Positions 16,502 through 25,536 of a stretch of 64,000 nt of DNA are shown here, one piece after another. Each line of letters opens with the position of its first letter. The first letter of the stretch is position 1. The DNA lies in IMG/VR virus record IMGVR_UViG_3300034161_000008, positions 128,001 to 192,000 of that record; one strand, given 5' to 3'. A model generated the notes under the pieces. That model was not told the DNA's origin, searched no databases, and was given only the letters and a program-made list of their open reading frames with translations. Both the position numbers and the translations under genes were made by a program. This DNA comes from a virus. Taxonomy: Duplodnaviria > Caudoviricetes.

Positions 16502-16826
16502 GGTATTGCTCCGTGAAAGAGAGGGTAGTTCCTAATGGCCAAATGACCACATTGTGTTTGTCGGTCTTGATGACCAATCTTTTCCAGCCTTTTTCATCTG
16601 CTTCGCCCGTGCAGGTGTAGCCGCCGTAGCGATGTACGCCAAGCACGCCCAGTACATCAAAGCGTGCTTCAGCGCCCTCACCGTTCTGGAACATCTTGCG
16701 AACCAGATTCACGATGGTTTTTTCAACAACTACTTCTTTGTCTTGCGACAGGTCCAGGTAGTCCAGCAGAGTAAACAAAGCGCTGTACTTCGGACGTGGG
16801 ACGGATAGTACAGACACTTCATTCAT
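16398..16826 (-). CDS. Hypothetical protein, C-terminus overlapping the next gene by 104 nt
   Basis: AAGGAGG RBS after the promoter motif. Confidence 0.65.
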   Translation of the reverse strand: MNEVSVLSVPRPKYSALFTLLDYLDLSQDKEVVVEKTIVNLVRKMFQNGEGAEARFDVLGVLGVHRYGGYTCTGEADEKGWKRLVIKTDKHNVVIWPLGTTLSFTEQYHANSSKCYPSSSATIPVGCSEKPVFPEGQNQDGL

Positions 16827-16864
16827 TGTAACCTCCTTAATGCAGTGGGTTAAGTAAACTGATG

Positions 16865-16889
16865 CTAATGCTCAAGTGTAGAATATGTG
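16865..16889 (-). promoter_or_regulatory. Putative early promoter (CACATATT-N8-GAGCATTAG)
   Basis: Same two blocks and spacing as 44705-44729. Confidence 0.55.
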
Positions 16890-16914
16890 TTTATAATCCG
16901 TTTCAATCCTACTT

Positions 16915-17298
16915 TTAGATACCTATTGATTTCTTCAAACGTTGCATGAAAGAAGGCTTAGGTTCGTTAGCCTCAACCTCGCCGCGTGCCAGCCAAATAT
17001 AGAGACTGTCGTAGCAAGCCTTTTCACGCCAGCAGATCTTGTTGTTGTGCGGGGTGAAGAAGTAGCGTCGAGGGATTGCCTCGAACGCCAAACGCCAGCA
17101 CGCTTTGGTATCCAGATCCTTGTGCTCCTTGCGAATGTACGCCACCACATCGTCCAAAGTCTTGCGAGGCAAGTCCTTAGGGATGTAGATCTCTGGTTCT
17201 TCGCCGACGCCCCACTTCATGTCTTTGGGGGCAACTTTAGTTTTTGCAGTTGTATCAGCCACGGGAAACCTCCTTAGGCGTGTTGTTAACAAGGACAT
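16915..17298 (-). CDS. Hypothetical basic protein
   Basis: 127-aa ORF in operon. Confidence 0.7.
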   Translation of the reverse strand: MSLLTTRLRRFPVADTTAKTKVAPKDMKWGVGEEPEIYIPKDLPRKTLDDVVAYIRKEHKDLDTKACWRLAFEAIPRRYFFTPHNNKICWREKACYDSLYIWLARGEVEANEPKPSFMQRLKKSIGI

Positions 17299-17347
17299 CC
17301 CTGTAAGTATCCCGAGAGCCCACTCGTGAGAATGGACTCGAGGATAC

Positions 17348-17710
17348 TTACAGCAAGGACGCAGAGACAGTCAGCGTACGGTCTTCATCATTGCCGGATT
17401 CTTCGTCGGCAGGGATTTTGATCTGTACGTAGTTCATGTACGGTTCGTCTGGATCGCGTTGTTCTTGCGCGTGAAACCCAGCCACTGCCAGACGGCGCAG
17501 CGCTTGGGTGTTCACTTTACCGTCGGGGCGAAAGATCGCATCGACAACAACCTTTTCGATCTCGGTGACTGCTTCGCGAACTTCTTCGCTACCACAGCAC
17601 AGCAGATACCCGTCGTTGTTGATCTCGTGACCTTCGTCCATTTCGTTGACTGAGGTCGTTTGCAACTCTTGAAGCAGTGGGATCAGATCGCCGGTGTTGT
17701 ATGGTTGCAT
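17348..17710 (-). CDS. Acidic hypothetical protein
   Basis: GGAG RBS identical to that of 16172-16501. Confidence 0.72.
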   Translation of the reverse strand: MQPYNTGDLIPLLQELQTTSVNEMDEGHEINNDGYLLCCGSEEVREAVTEIEKVVVDAIFRPDGKVNTQALRRLAVAGFHAQEQRDPDEPYMNYVQIKIPADEESGNDEDRTLTVSASLL

Positions 17711-17722
17711 GGTATTGCTCCG

Positions 17723-18034
17723 TTAAATGCCAGAGAATTCTTGGCCGCGTGATTTGAAGGTGATATTGAACCGGTCGTCGATGTAGACCTCTCCGTACCA
17801 GAAGTCTGGAAAATCTTTGACCGGTTTTCTTACGATGTCCACACGAATGCCCTGACTCCGCAACCACTCAAGATTCTGAGGGGCTGGTTCACCGGGTTCA
17901 ATGAGCAAGACTTCATCAGCCAGCTCCATGATTTGATCGTGCAGATTTTCTGGGTCGTTCCAGAAACCTTGCTCTGCCAGAAGCAGAGTCTTTTCTTTCA
18001 GTTCGACAAGTTTGTCGGAAGGGACGAAAGTCAT
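17723..18034 (-). CDS. Hypothetical protein
   Basis: ATGA coupling. Confidence 0.7.
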   Translation of the reverse strand: MTFVPSDKLVELKEKTLLLAEQGFWNDPENLHDQIMELADEVLLIEPGEPAPQNLEWLRSQGIRVDIVRKPVKDFPDFWYGEVYIDDRFNITFKSRGQEFSGI

Positions 18035-18579
18035 TGTGCCACCTCAAAACGTTTCTCAGCACCGTTCGGACATTTAACTTGCATGTCATCAGTGATGCAG
18101 TTGAAGATCAGGATGTCAGCCTTTGGGTGGTCTTTGTACCACTGTTGCTGAACTTCCATCTTTTGTTTGAACTTCATTTCATTGTAGCCAGCTGCTAAGA
18201 ACGGGAGGCACAACACGCCCAGAACCAGCAGGATAAAGCCGATCTCTTTGAGGTAGTTCTTTTTAGGAGCTACGTACATTGGGAACGGCTTTGGCGGAAG
18301 TCGTTTAACCCACGTGATGTGGTACTCGTCGTTGCCATGACAAACAACATCAGCACCGACCATATCGGCCAATACCCAGAAAGCCTCTTCCAGATCTGAG
18401 TTGCTGATGTGGGTGGGGGCAACAAAGCCCACCACGCGAACTGCGTCTGCTTCCATGACGTAGTCCATGAATACGCCGTTGTAGTCGACTGTGTCACAAG
18501 CGTGACCTTGTGTGGAGCGAACTCTCATTTCGCCCAAAGTGATTGCGTCTGCACGTGTTGCTAGGATTTCATGTTTCAT
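18031..18579 (-). CDS. Single-pass membrane protein
   Basis: GGAG RBS; one TM segment, short C-terminal domain with two Cys. Confidence 0.72.
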   Translation of the reverse strand: MKHEILATRADAITLGEMRVRSTQGHACDTVDYNGVFMDYVMEADAVRVVGFVAPTHISNSDLEEAFWVLADMVGADVVCHGNDEYHITWVKRLPPKPFPMYVAPKKNYLKEIGFILLVLGVLCLPFLAAGYNEMKFKQKMEVQQQWYKDHPKADILIFNCITDDMQVKCPNGAEKRFEVAQ

Positions 18580-18614
18580 CTTTTTTCTCCAATTGATTAA
18601 TTATTTTTGTAGCA

Positions 18615-18650
18615 TAAAGCCAGCCCCATTGGGCTGGCTCTTATTACGGT
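18615..18650 (-). repeat. 36-bp direct repeat copy 1 (contains terminator hairpin AGCCAGCCC/GGGCTGGCT)
   Basis: 35/36 identical to 19835-19870. Confidence 0.9.
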
Positions 18651-18651
18651 G

Positions 18652-19812
18652 TTAAAGATTGACCAAGAAACGATAAGTACGCCCTTGTGGGCCGTTAAAC
18701 GTTAGATCGGTCAAACTGGTGAACACTTCGTTCTTCTCGATCGTAATGCCGTAGAGGTTATCTGCGAACTGACCAAGCAGGCGGTAGTTGTCAATGTCGA
18801 TCAATTCCTTAATCGTTACTGACTTCAGTGCCTCATTCATGCCAATGCGCGCAGCTTCGGGTACAGCGATGCCATAGTAGCAATCAGCACCTGTGTCCTT
18901 GGCAGCCTCACGCATCTTGAACAGAGGCGGAGTAGCGTCAGTCATGACGTAGAAACCACGGTACATGTCCGTAGGCAACAACCCGAAAGGCTTGTCGAAA
19001 GTCTGGATGACTTCGCGCAGCTTACGGATGTAGTCTTCCGGTACGTTAGCCATTGCAGCCTTTACCATCCCGCGATAGGACTTATGGCGTGCTTGGTTAT
19101 AGCCGCGCAGCCATGGATACATCTCGTGCAGCTGAGTGTAACCGTTATAGCCCCACTCGCAGATGTCTGCAAACTTCTTGGCCAGCGTGGTGTCTGGACC
19201 AAACTTGTCGGCAGCCTCCTGAGTCAGCTGCTTGCGGTGAGCCTCACCCGCACGCCAAGTCGAACCACAGTCAGACATCCGGTGGCTCCAGTCGATGTTC
19301 TCCACACGCAACACGAACTGTTCTTCCTCATCAAGTTCGCGGTTGCCATATTCGAGAATGTCCTGATACTCGAGCTGTTCATCAAGGCTCAGATAGTCAC
19401 GACGCAGCTCTGGCTTGACGCGCATCTTCTTGGCCAGTTGCTGACGCTGCCAGTCATCAAGGATCTTGAACGCTGGCTCGTTGCTGTGCTCCAACCGCAC
19501 CCGCAGTGATTGCAGGGCGATGCATTTGATTCGATTGAACGTCTCCGTGGATAGAGGCAGGCCTTCCTGAACCATCACACCATCGACTGGCAGATACACA
19601 CCACCGTAGCCATTGACCTCGGTGGCTTTGCGGCGAAGCTGTGCGTAGTTGGTCGCTGTGGTGCCAACCACGATCAAATCGCTGTGGTCTTCTGCAATAC
19701 CCGCCAAAGCAAATACAGCCGACGGACCCATCACTACAACGTCTTTATAATCCAGGCCGTTGTTCTTGATGAAGTCGTTTACTTTCCGTTCAACGCGAGA
19801 CTTACTAGGCAT
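18652..19812 (-). CDS. Protein with a degenerate nucleotidyltransferase-like N-terminal motif
   Basis: VVVMGPSAVFALAGIAEDHSDLIVV resembles hG[GS]...DxD but the DxD is imperfect. Confidence 0.5.
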   Translation of the reverse strand: MPSKSRVERKVNDFIKNNGLDYKDVVVMGPSAVFALAGIAEDHSDLIVVGTTATNYAQLRRKATEVNGYGGVYLPVDGVMVQEGLPLSTETFNRIKCIALQSLRVRLEHSNEPAFKILDDWQRQQLAKKMRVKPELRRDYLSLDEQLEYQDILEYGNRELDEEEQFVLRVENIDWSHRMSDCGSTWRAGEAHRKQLTQEAADKFGPDTTLAKKFADICEWGYNGYTQLHEMYPWLRGYNQARHKSYRGMVKAAMANVPEDYIRKLREVIQTFDKPFGLLPTDMYRGFYVMTDATPPLFKMREAAKDTGADCYYGIAVPEAARIGMNEALKSVTIKELIDIDNYRLLGQFADNLYGITIEKNEVFTSLTDLTFNGPQGRTYRFLVNL

Positions 19813-19834
19813 GACATTCTTCCTTAGACGGGTT

Positions 19835-19870
19835 TAAAGCCAGCCCCAATGGGCTGGCTCTTATTACGGT
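19835..19870 (-). repeat. 36-bp direct repeat copy 2 (terminator hairpin)
   Basis: 35/36 identical to 18615-18650; the mismatch is in the loop. Confidence 0.9.
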
Positions 19871-19872
19871 TG

Positions 19873-20490
19873 TTAGAACTTCGACCAATCGATAGCATCA
19901 ACTTCTAATGCATCAATGGCTTTACGCTGTTTATCCAGACGATCGCCAAAAGCCTGCTCGTACAGATGTGGGTAGGCTGCATAGCCGCCAGTACCTGACT
20001 TGTGCTTCATGTGGGCGATACAGCCTTTACGGGCTTCCTCCACACCCAGCTTGAGGTTATCAAGATGGTAGTGGTACGAACGTTGAAGGATGCCATCAAT
20101 GTCTCCAGGCTCCCCACGATCGGCAGATGACATCATCAAACTGAACTGATGAGAGTAGTCACCCTTGTAGCTGGCCCGATGTTCGCGACAAGCTTCGGCT
20201 ACCAACTGGCGTTCAGGAATATCGAGCGCCATGAAGATCGGATGATTCGTTGTGGAAACGTACTCATACGACAGGAGCTCGTGATTGAAGCGCGTCCAGG
20301 CGAAAAGATCATGAAAGAAGGCCACCAACATAATCAACTTAGGATCTTGATCCAGACGAAGTTTATCGTTGATGAGATTACCTGCACGCTCCACAGCCAA
20401 GAAGTGTTCGATGCGATGAGCTCGATCATTCAGTGCCCAATGAGGTGTGAACTCGGTAACAATGCTTTCACGCAATTCATTCAGATCCAT
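19873..20490 (-). CDS. HD-domain metal-dependent phosphohydrolase
   Basis: AHRIEH...AFFHDL...REHRAS...SADRG: H...HD...H...D pattern. Confidence 0.85.
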   Translation of the reverse strand: MDLNELRESIVTEFTPHWALNDRAHRIEHFLAVERAGNLINDKLRLDQDPKLIMLVAFFHDLFAWTRFNHELLSYEYVSTTNHPIFMALDIPERQLVAEACREHRASYKGDYSHQFSLMMSSADRGEPGDIDGILQRSYHYHLDNLKLGVEEARKGCIAHMKHKSGTGGYAAYPHLYEQAFGDRLDKQRKAIDALEVDAIDWSKF

Positions 20491-20543
20491 TTACAGCTCC
20501 TTTGAGTTAAGGGAAAGATTGATAGGTACTCAACTCATGTGCA

Positions 20544-20552
20544 GAATATGTT
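20544..20552 (-). promoter_or_regulatory. Putative early promoter (AACATATTC)
   Basis: Same core motif, upstream of the HD gene. Confidence 0.45.
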
Positions 20553-20585
20553 ACCAAGATAATCTACAATCGCACTTTTCAGGAC

Positions 20586-20957
20586 TTACTGATAAGGGAT
20601 AGAAGCCTTGCGCATCCGTGGCATTCCTTCCTTTGCAAAGCGACGTTCGTACTTGGCAACACGTTCAAAGCCTAGGTAGCCGTAGTTGAAACAGATACCA
20701 TTGACAAAGAACGCACGGCCCGGACGTGCTTGCAAGTTGTAGACCAGATGCGCAGCCAGATCACCAGCAGCAACATGGTTCTCTTTCTTGTCATCGTTGT
20801 TGTAGACGCCTACCGTGTGGTAGAACTCCAGTGGGCGCTGACCCACAGAAGTCTTCAAACGATCCAACGCTTGCTCTTCGACGTTATCGAGTTCCCGGCC
20901 CAGTAGCCCTTTGAGGATCTCGTAGTTCAAACCCGTAGTTGCCTTTACCATTGCCAT
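20586..20957 (-). CDS. Conserved jumbo-phage hypothetical protein
   Basis: AAGGA RBS; YNLQARPGRAFFVNG motif. Confidence 0.7.
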   Translation of the reverse strand: MAMVKATTGLNYEILKGLLGRELDNVEEQALDRLKTSVGQRPLEFYHTVGVYNNDDKKENHVAAGDLAAHLVYNLQARPGRAFFVNGICFNYGYLGFERVAKYERRFAKEGMPRMRKASIPYQ

Positions 20958-20960
20958 TCC

Positions 20961-21410
20961 TTAGATCATTACGACGCGCTGACCAATCCATTCTTTTAGA
21001 TTGATCTTCTCAAGACTCTTGGGCGTGATTGTTCGCTGAGTTCTGTACTCAGTCTTCAAGTTGTTGTGTGGGTTCTTGTTCAGTTCCCAATCTTCTTTCG
21101 GGGCTGGAACGATCTTGTACAACCAGACTTCCAGTTCTAAGAGTTCTTCTTTTTTTGGTTTTGGTCGAACGTCTTTAGGAACATCAATCAGGATGCTATT
21201 CCCGATCGTCTGGAAGTGGTCGAGACCATAGCGCTTTTCGATAGCGCTAGCCCAACCCAAAGTGATTGCCATTTCGCGCTCAGTAGTCGCGTAGAGGTAG
21301 TGGTTACTTTCAGTTTCATCCCACTTGACTTCTACACCGGTGTGCTGGAAACCCGGTTTAAGTTTCCCTGTCCAGAAAGCAGATCCGTGATACAAAACTG
21401 TGGGTAACAT
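20961..21410 (-). CDS. Arr-like ADP-ribosyltransferase-fold protein
   Basis: LYHGS...HYLYATT...LYKIVP...N...EYRT...W layout parallels rifampin ADP-ribosyltransferase Arr. Confidence 0.6.
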   Translation of the reverse strand: MLPTVLYHGSAFWTGKLKPGFQHTGVEVKWDETESNHYLYATTEREMAITLGWASAIEKRYGLDHFQTIGNSILIDVPKDVRPKPKKEELLELEVWLYKIVPAPKEDWELNKNPHNNLKTEYRTQRTITPKSLEKINLKEWIGQRVVMI

Positions 21411-21436
21411 TTTGCACTCTCCTATGGTCAGAGCAT

Positions 21437-21474
21437 AAAGCCTCCCAGTAGATTTTTATCCACCGGGAGGCTTT
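21437..21474 (-). terminator. Terminator of the tail-fibre operon
   Basis: AAAGCCTCCC...GGGAGGCTTT followed by ATGC. Confidence 0.75.
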
Positions 21475-21478
21475 AGAC

Positions 21479-22168
21479 TTATTTCCAGGCCAACGAACCT
21501 GCAACCGAAGGATCACCCAACGAGACAGGAATTGCAGAACCTGCTGCGGTTTTAGAGATGCGGTAGATATCGATCCGCGTCACTTTGTCGAGCGTGTTCT
21601 TGTTGATCACGAAGTTCGTGACCTGTACTTGACCCACCAGAGTGTTAGTCAGCGTTTCAGGCAAGTACGATGTCGACATCACCCACGTCGGAACACCTGC
21701 CACCAGCTGAGCGTAGAAGTACGTCAGCACGCCGTCAACTACCAGGAACGACTTCACAGGGAGCGTGTACGAACCACCCGCCATAAACAGGGGAGTCGCA
21801 ACGAACGCAACGACCCGACTGGTGTTTACGGTAGCTCCCAAAGGAACAGCCGTATCTGGGTTACCCAACTGAGTCAGTGGGATCACGCCCGTAGGTACGA
21901 GCCCCGCCACCAAAGCTTGAATCTGTGCTGTGGTGTACATGCTCAGATCGGCAGCCGAGGTTCCGTGTGGGTTGTTAACCAACTGGGCGTGGGCATCAGT
22001 GTGTTGCTGAGCCAACGCGACCAGCTGATCTTTGCTCAAGCCACCCAACAACAAAGCATTGTCTGCTACGAATGCGGCCTGCACCTTTCGGGCGAAGGAA
22101 GCTTTGATAGCTGATGCTTGAGTTGTCAAGTTAGCTTTGAGCGCAGTTACTTCAGTTGCCAAAGACAT
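21479..22168 (-). CDS. Short tail-fibre paralog (N and C domains only)
   Basis: Shares N-terminal and C-terminal motifs with 22172-25036. Confidence 0.7.
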   Translation of the reverse strand: MSLATEVTALKANLTTQASAIKASFARKVQAAFVADNALLLGGLSKDQLVALAQQHTDAHAQLVNNPHGTSAADLSMYTTAQIQALVAGLVPTGVIPLTQLGNPDTAVPLGATVNTSRVVAFVATPLFMAGGSYTLPVKSFLVVDGVLTYFYAQLVAGVPTWVMSTSYLPETLTNTLVGQVQVTNFVINKNTLDKVTRIDIYRISKTAAGSAIPVSLGDPSVAGSLAWK

Positions 22169-22171
22169 AAC

Positions 22172-25036
22172 TTAGCTCCATTGCAAAGTAGCAGAACCAG
22201 CAGGGTCACCAGTTGTAGCAGCAACAGCACTGCCACGACTTACTGCCGAGATTCTGAAATAGTTGATCTTGGTGACCTTCTCAATAGCCACGGTTTGAAT
22301 AGACGTCGCGCCGGTATCAACATACCCCAAGTAGATGCTGGTACTCGATTCTCCAGTGAATGCCAGCTGAACCACGTAACGAGCCACACCACCAGTTACC
22401 GTCACGTACACATAGAAACGGGTGTTCGCAGGGCTGGCTTTAATGGCAGTCAAGTCAAACGTAGCTTTCGCTACCGTATAGGTCTGACCGTTAATCATCA
22501 GTGGGGTAGGTTCTGTGAAATAGAGTTGCCACGTTGCCGCAACGTCTTGACTCATGATCACCTTCCACTGTGACGCAGCAGGCACTGCCCAGCTATCAAA
22601 CTCAGCATCGCTGTTTTTGGTCACCAGCATGTGGGAGACTTTGGCACCGTAGTCTGTCTCAGCCGAGGCGGTGTAGCACAGACCAAAGCCGAGCGTAGGG
22701 GAACCATACCAAACCGCACCATTGACTTGTGGGTTATGAATCCGCAAGTCAGCGTTGCTCCCCCAGTTAGGCACACCAGTGGATTTGTTGATGCGGAAAC
22801 GGATCACTCCGCTTGGGGCGTTACCGTTGACCAAGAAGCCACGAGTCAGCGTCAGACCAAACAGAACACTGGTGGTGGTTTCATACATCGTCACGGCACC
22901 CCCAGCTGCGATGATGTAGTTACTGTCTTGGAGATCCAGACCTCCCTGGTTTGCTTGCAACCACGTGAACTTTGGAGACAACGACGTAAGAGCCAACGCA
23001 GTGATGCTGTCGCCAGCAACTGTAACGTTGAAGATACCAACGTAAACGCCATTCTCGCCATTGTTCAGCGTGTACTGCATCGCCGCAAAAGCTTTACCAG
23101 TCATCAGGATCTTAGGCACCCAGATTTGAATCTTGGCGTTTTTGATTCCCGTCAGTCCAATAGCTGCAATCATCGCGGCCTTGGTATTCTGAAGCAATGC
23201 ATCTGTCAGTCCCAGAGAACCAGACTTCGATAGATCGGGGTTGATGGTGCGAAACCCCGTCCAGCGAAACCCTTCGATGAAATGCTGAGACGATACTGCG
23301 ATGCTTGTCGTACCTGTTTCAACCAGAGGTGCCCAGAAGTCCGCATCGGTCATCGGAACATCTTTTACGAACTTGCGGTTTGCATTAGGGGCGTAGCCCG
23401 TCATGGCTCCGTTTTGAATGGAGTTGTAGCCGAAGGTAGGTGCGCCAGCTAAATCGCTGAATGCCATTCCTTCAGCCTGCTGGCCATTGATGTCACTCCC
23501 CTTGCAGTAGACCATCGCTCTATTATCGCTGAGTGGGTAGGGCCCAAGAATCACCCCGCCGATGGCACTACCATAAGAAGGCTGAACACCAATCGTCGTT
23601 CCTGTTTTGGCAGTGGACGTACCTCGTAGCAGTGCTGCAAACGGCGTCGCGGCCGCAGCAGTCATCTCAACACGCATCAGGTCGAGAGTATCCACAACTT
23701 GGTGTGTGCGGAAGTTGAAGACCCACTTGCCCGAATACAGGTGACGACTGTAGTTGTTAGCAATCCCTGGCCAGCACTCCGTTACCCAATCGTTGTTCCA
23801 AACAGGGCCAGTCCAGACTGTTGGAGAGTTGGCATCTCCAGTGCGAGTTACTGTGGACTGGCTGGCTCGATAGATTGGGTCCAACACACACGTCTTCGCC
23901 GAAACGTTAATCACGAACGAAATGGCGTAGTAGTTGTAGTACGTGACCTGGCTGGAAGGTGCGTTAGTCATCCCCACAATTTTGCAGCGAGTGTTGCCTG
24001 CGCCGTCCGAGTACGATCGAATTGATGGAATCTCAAAGTTCGAGAACGCAAAACCATTCGCATCGGGCTTATAAACGGCAGGATTGTCTGCTGCGTTCTG
24101 GGACATGCTCTTGGCACAGAGCTTGGCCGAGTCTCCAGTGTAGACGACGTTTCCGAAGCCAGTGCTGGTAATCCCAGTCAGGCGCGTGGGTGTCAGCGTA
24201 CCGCCTTGGTTAACGCCAATCCGAGTGAGGGTATGGACCAGAACTTCCAGCACCCCACCTTCGACGTGATTCACCGTAAGGAGTAATACCAGGGCGCCCG
24301 ATACCAGAGCCTCGCCACGCCCAATACCCAAAGCAACCACATCGGCATTGGTGATGATGCAGCCAGTGTGAACGGAGTCATCCAGCGAGCCGTTAGTCAG
24401 TGACAGGAACCAGTCACCCAACACACCGCTGGCATTTTGAAGACGACCGAAGATAGCGGTCTCTGAGCTGGACTGGATGTACGCTGCCGATACGTTGATC
24501 GGAAAATACCCTGGACGGTACTGACGGGTAGTTTTGATTGGCTGATTGAGTACAGGACCCAATGCATCTAGCACGTAGCCGTAGTAAACACCCAACTTCG
24601 AACCATTCGTCCCGTTACGCAGGTATGCCAACGTCCCATCGTTTTCGAGGAACAGACAGCATTCACGAGGGGCGATACCGGTGGTGGCGCCTTCAAAACT
24701 ACCAGACACTCCCGCTGGAAGATAGTTGAGCGTGCCGTAGCGGGAAACTGGGATGATGCCTTTAGCTGGACGTTTTGCCAACAAAGCATCAACAGCCGAA
24801 CCATCCATCGTACCCAGTTGGGCGGCAGTGATGGCGTGAGCCAGTTTGTTGTTGACGTGGGCTACCAGCGGTGCGTCAAGGTCTGTCGATACTTGACCAG
24901 AGGTGCGCAGGCTCAGCGTACCTGCGTTGTCTGCTGTGACAGCATTCTGGACTTTGGCTTTCAGGGCCTGCTCGAAAGCTGTGGATTCAGTCGCTACCAC
25001 CGCTGCAAGATTGGCGAGTTCGGTTGTTAAGCTCAT
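22172..25036 (-). CDS. Long tail-fibre / receptor-binding virion protein (954 aa)
   Basis: AH-x-N...H fibre motif, CLFLENDGTLAYLRNGTNGS segment, Gly/Ser/Thr-rich beta content; start moved to MSLTTEL at 25036. Confidence 0.75.
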   Translation of the reverse strand: MSLTTELANLAAVVATESTAFEQALKAKVQNAVTADNAGTLSLRTSGQVSTDLDAPLVAHVNNKLAHAITAAQLGTMDGSAVDALLAKRPAKGIIPVSRYGTLNYLPAGVSGSFEGATTGIAPRECCLFLENDGTLAYLRNGTNGSKLGVYYGYVLDALGPVLNQPIKTTRQYRPGYFPINVSAAYIQSSSETAIFGRLQNASGVLGDWFLSLTNGSLDDSVHTGCIITNADVVALGIGRGEALVSGALVLLLTVNHVEGGVLEVLVHTLTRIGVNQGGTLTPTRLTGITSTGFGNVVYTGDSAKLCAKSMSQNAADNPAVYKPDANGFAFSNFEIPSIRSYSDGAGNTRCKIVGMTNAPSSQVTYYNYYAISFVINVSAKTCVLDPIYRASQSTVTRTGDANSPTVWTGPVWNNDWVTECWPGIANNYSRHLYSGKWVFNFRTHQVVDTLDLMRVEMTAAAATPFAALLRGTSTAKTGTTIGVQPSYGSAIGGVILGPYPLSDNRAMVYCKGSDINGQQAEGMAFSDLAGAPTFGYNSIQNGAMTGYAPNANRKFVKDVPMTDADFWAPLVETGTTSIAVSSQHFIEGFRWTGFRTINPDLSKSGSLGLTDALLQNTKAAMIAAIGLTGIKNAKIQIWVPKILMTGKAFAAMQYTLNNGENGVYVGIFNVTVAGDSITALALTSLSPKFTWLQANQGGLDLQDSNYIIAAGGAVTMYETTTSVLFGLTLTRGFLVNGNAPSGVIRFRINKSTGVPNWGSNADLRIHNPQVNGAVWYGSPTLGFGLCYTASAETDYGAKVSHMLVTKNSDAEFDSWAVPAASQWKVIMSQDVAATWQLYFTEPTPLMINGQTYTVAKATFDLTAIKASPANTRFYVYVTVTGGVARYVVQLAFTGESSTSIYLGYVDTGATSIQTVAIEKVTKINYFRISAVSRGSAVAATTGDPAGSATLQWS

Positions 25037-25066
25037 TACGGGATTCTCTATAAAAGGACTGGGGCA

Positions 25067-25094
25067 TAAAACCGGAGACACCTAGGTGCTCCGG
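25067..25094 (-). terminator. Intrinsic terminator
   Basis: CCGGAGCACC-TA-GGTG(T)CTCCGG followed by TTTTATGCC. Confidence 0.7.
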
Positions 25095-25101
25095 CTGGCG
25101 A

Positions 25102-25536
25102 CTAAGCCTCGAGCATGCCGTCTTGCCAAAGCACAGGACCCGGTGCGTAGTGTTTGTGTCCACCGACGCGAACGCCCCAGTAGAACAACTTCGCACGCAG
25201 TTTGCCTACACCTTCTGCCAGCAGAGAACGATAGAAGAACTCATCGCACTCTTTGCGGGTTGGGTAGTAGATAGTCCCGTCAGCTTTGGTTACGCCGTAG
25301 CCGGTGTAAAGCCAGTCGTGAGACGTTGCTGACTTGTCTCCGTACTTGACCAACAGTGCGTAGAAAGCGAACAACATGATGTTTTTCAGAACGTCGATCG
25401 AGGCGTAGTTGGTGCGAAAACCTTTCTTCGCCACGACCTGTCCGAGGACTTCGTCATCGTTGCTGAAGTCGGCCAGCAACAGATATTCGCCGCTCTCTTC
25501 TTCCCGTGTATCCAGATTACCAAAACGTGTGTTCAT
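25102..25536 (-). CDS. DUF1353-family protein
   Basis: GFRTNYAS...SATSHDWLY...RKECDEFF...FYWGVRVGG signature. Confidence 0.85.
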   Translation of the reverse strand: MNTRFGNLDTREEESGEYLLLADFSNDDEVLGQVVAKKGFRTNYASIDVLKNIMLFAFYALLVKYGDKSATSHDWLYTGYGVTKADGTIYYPTRKECDEFFYRSLLAEGVGKLRAKLFYWGVRVGGHKHYAPGPVLWQDGMLEA

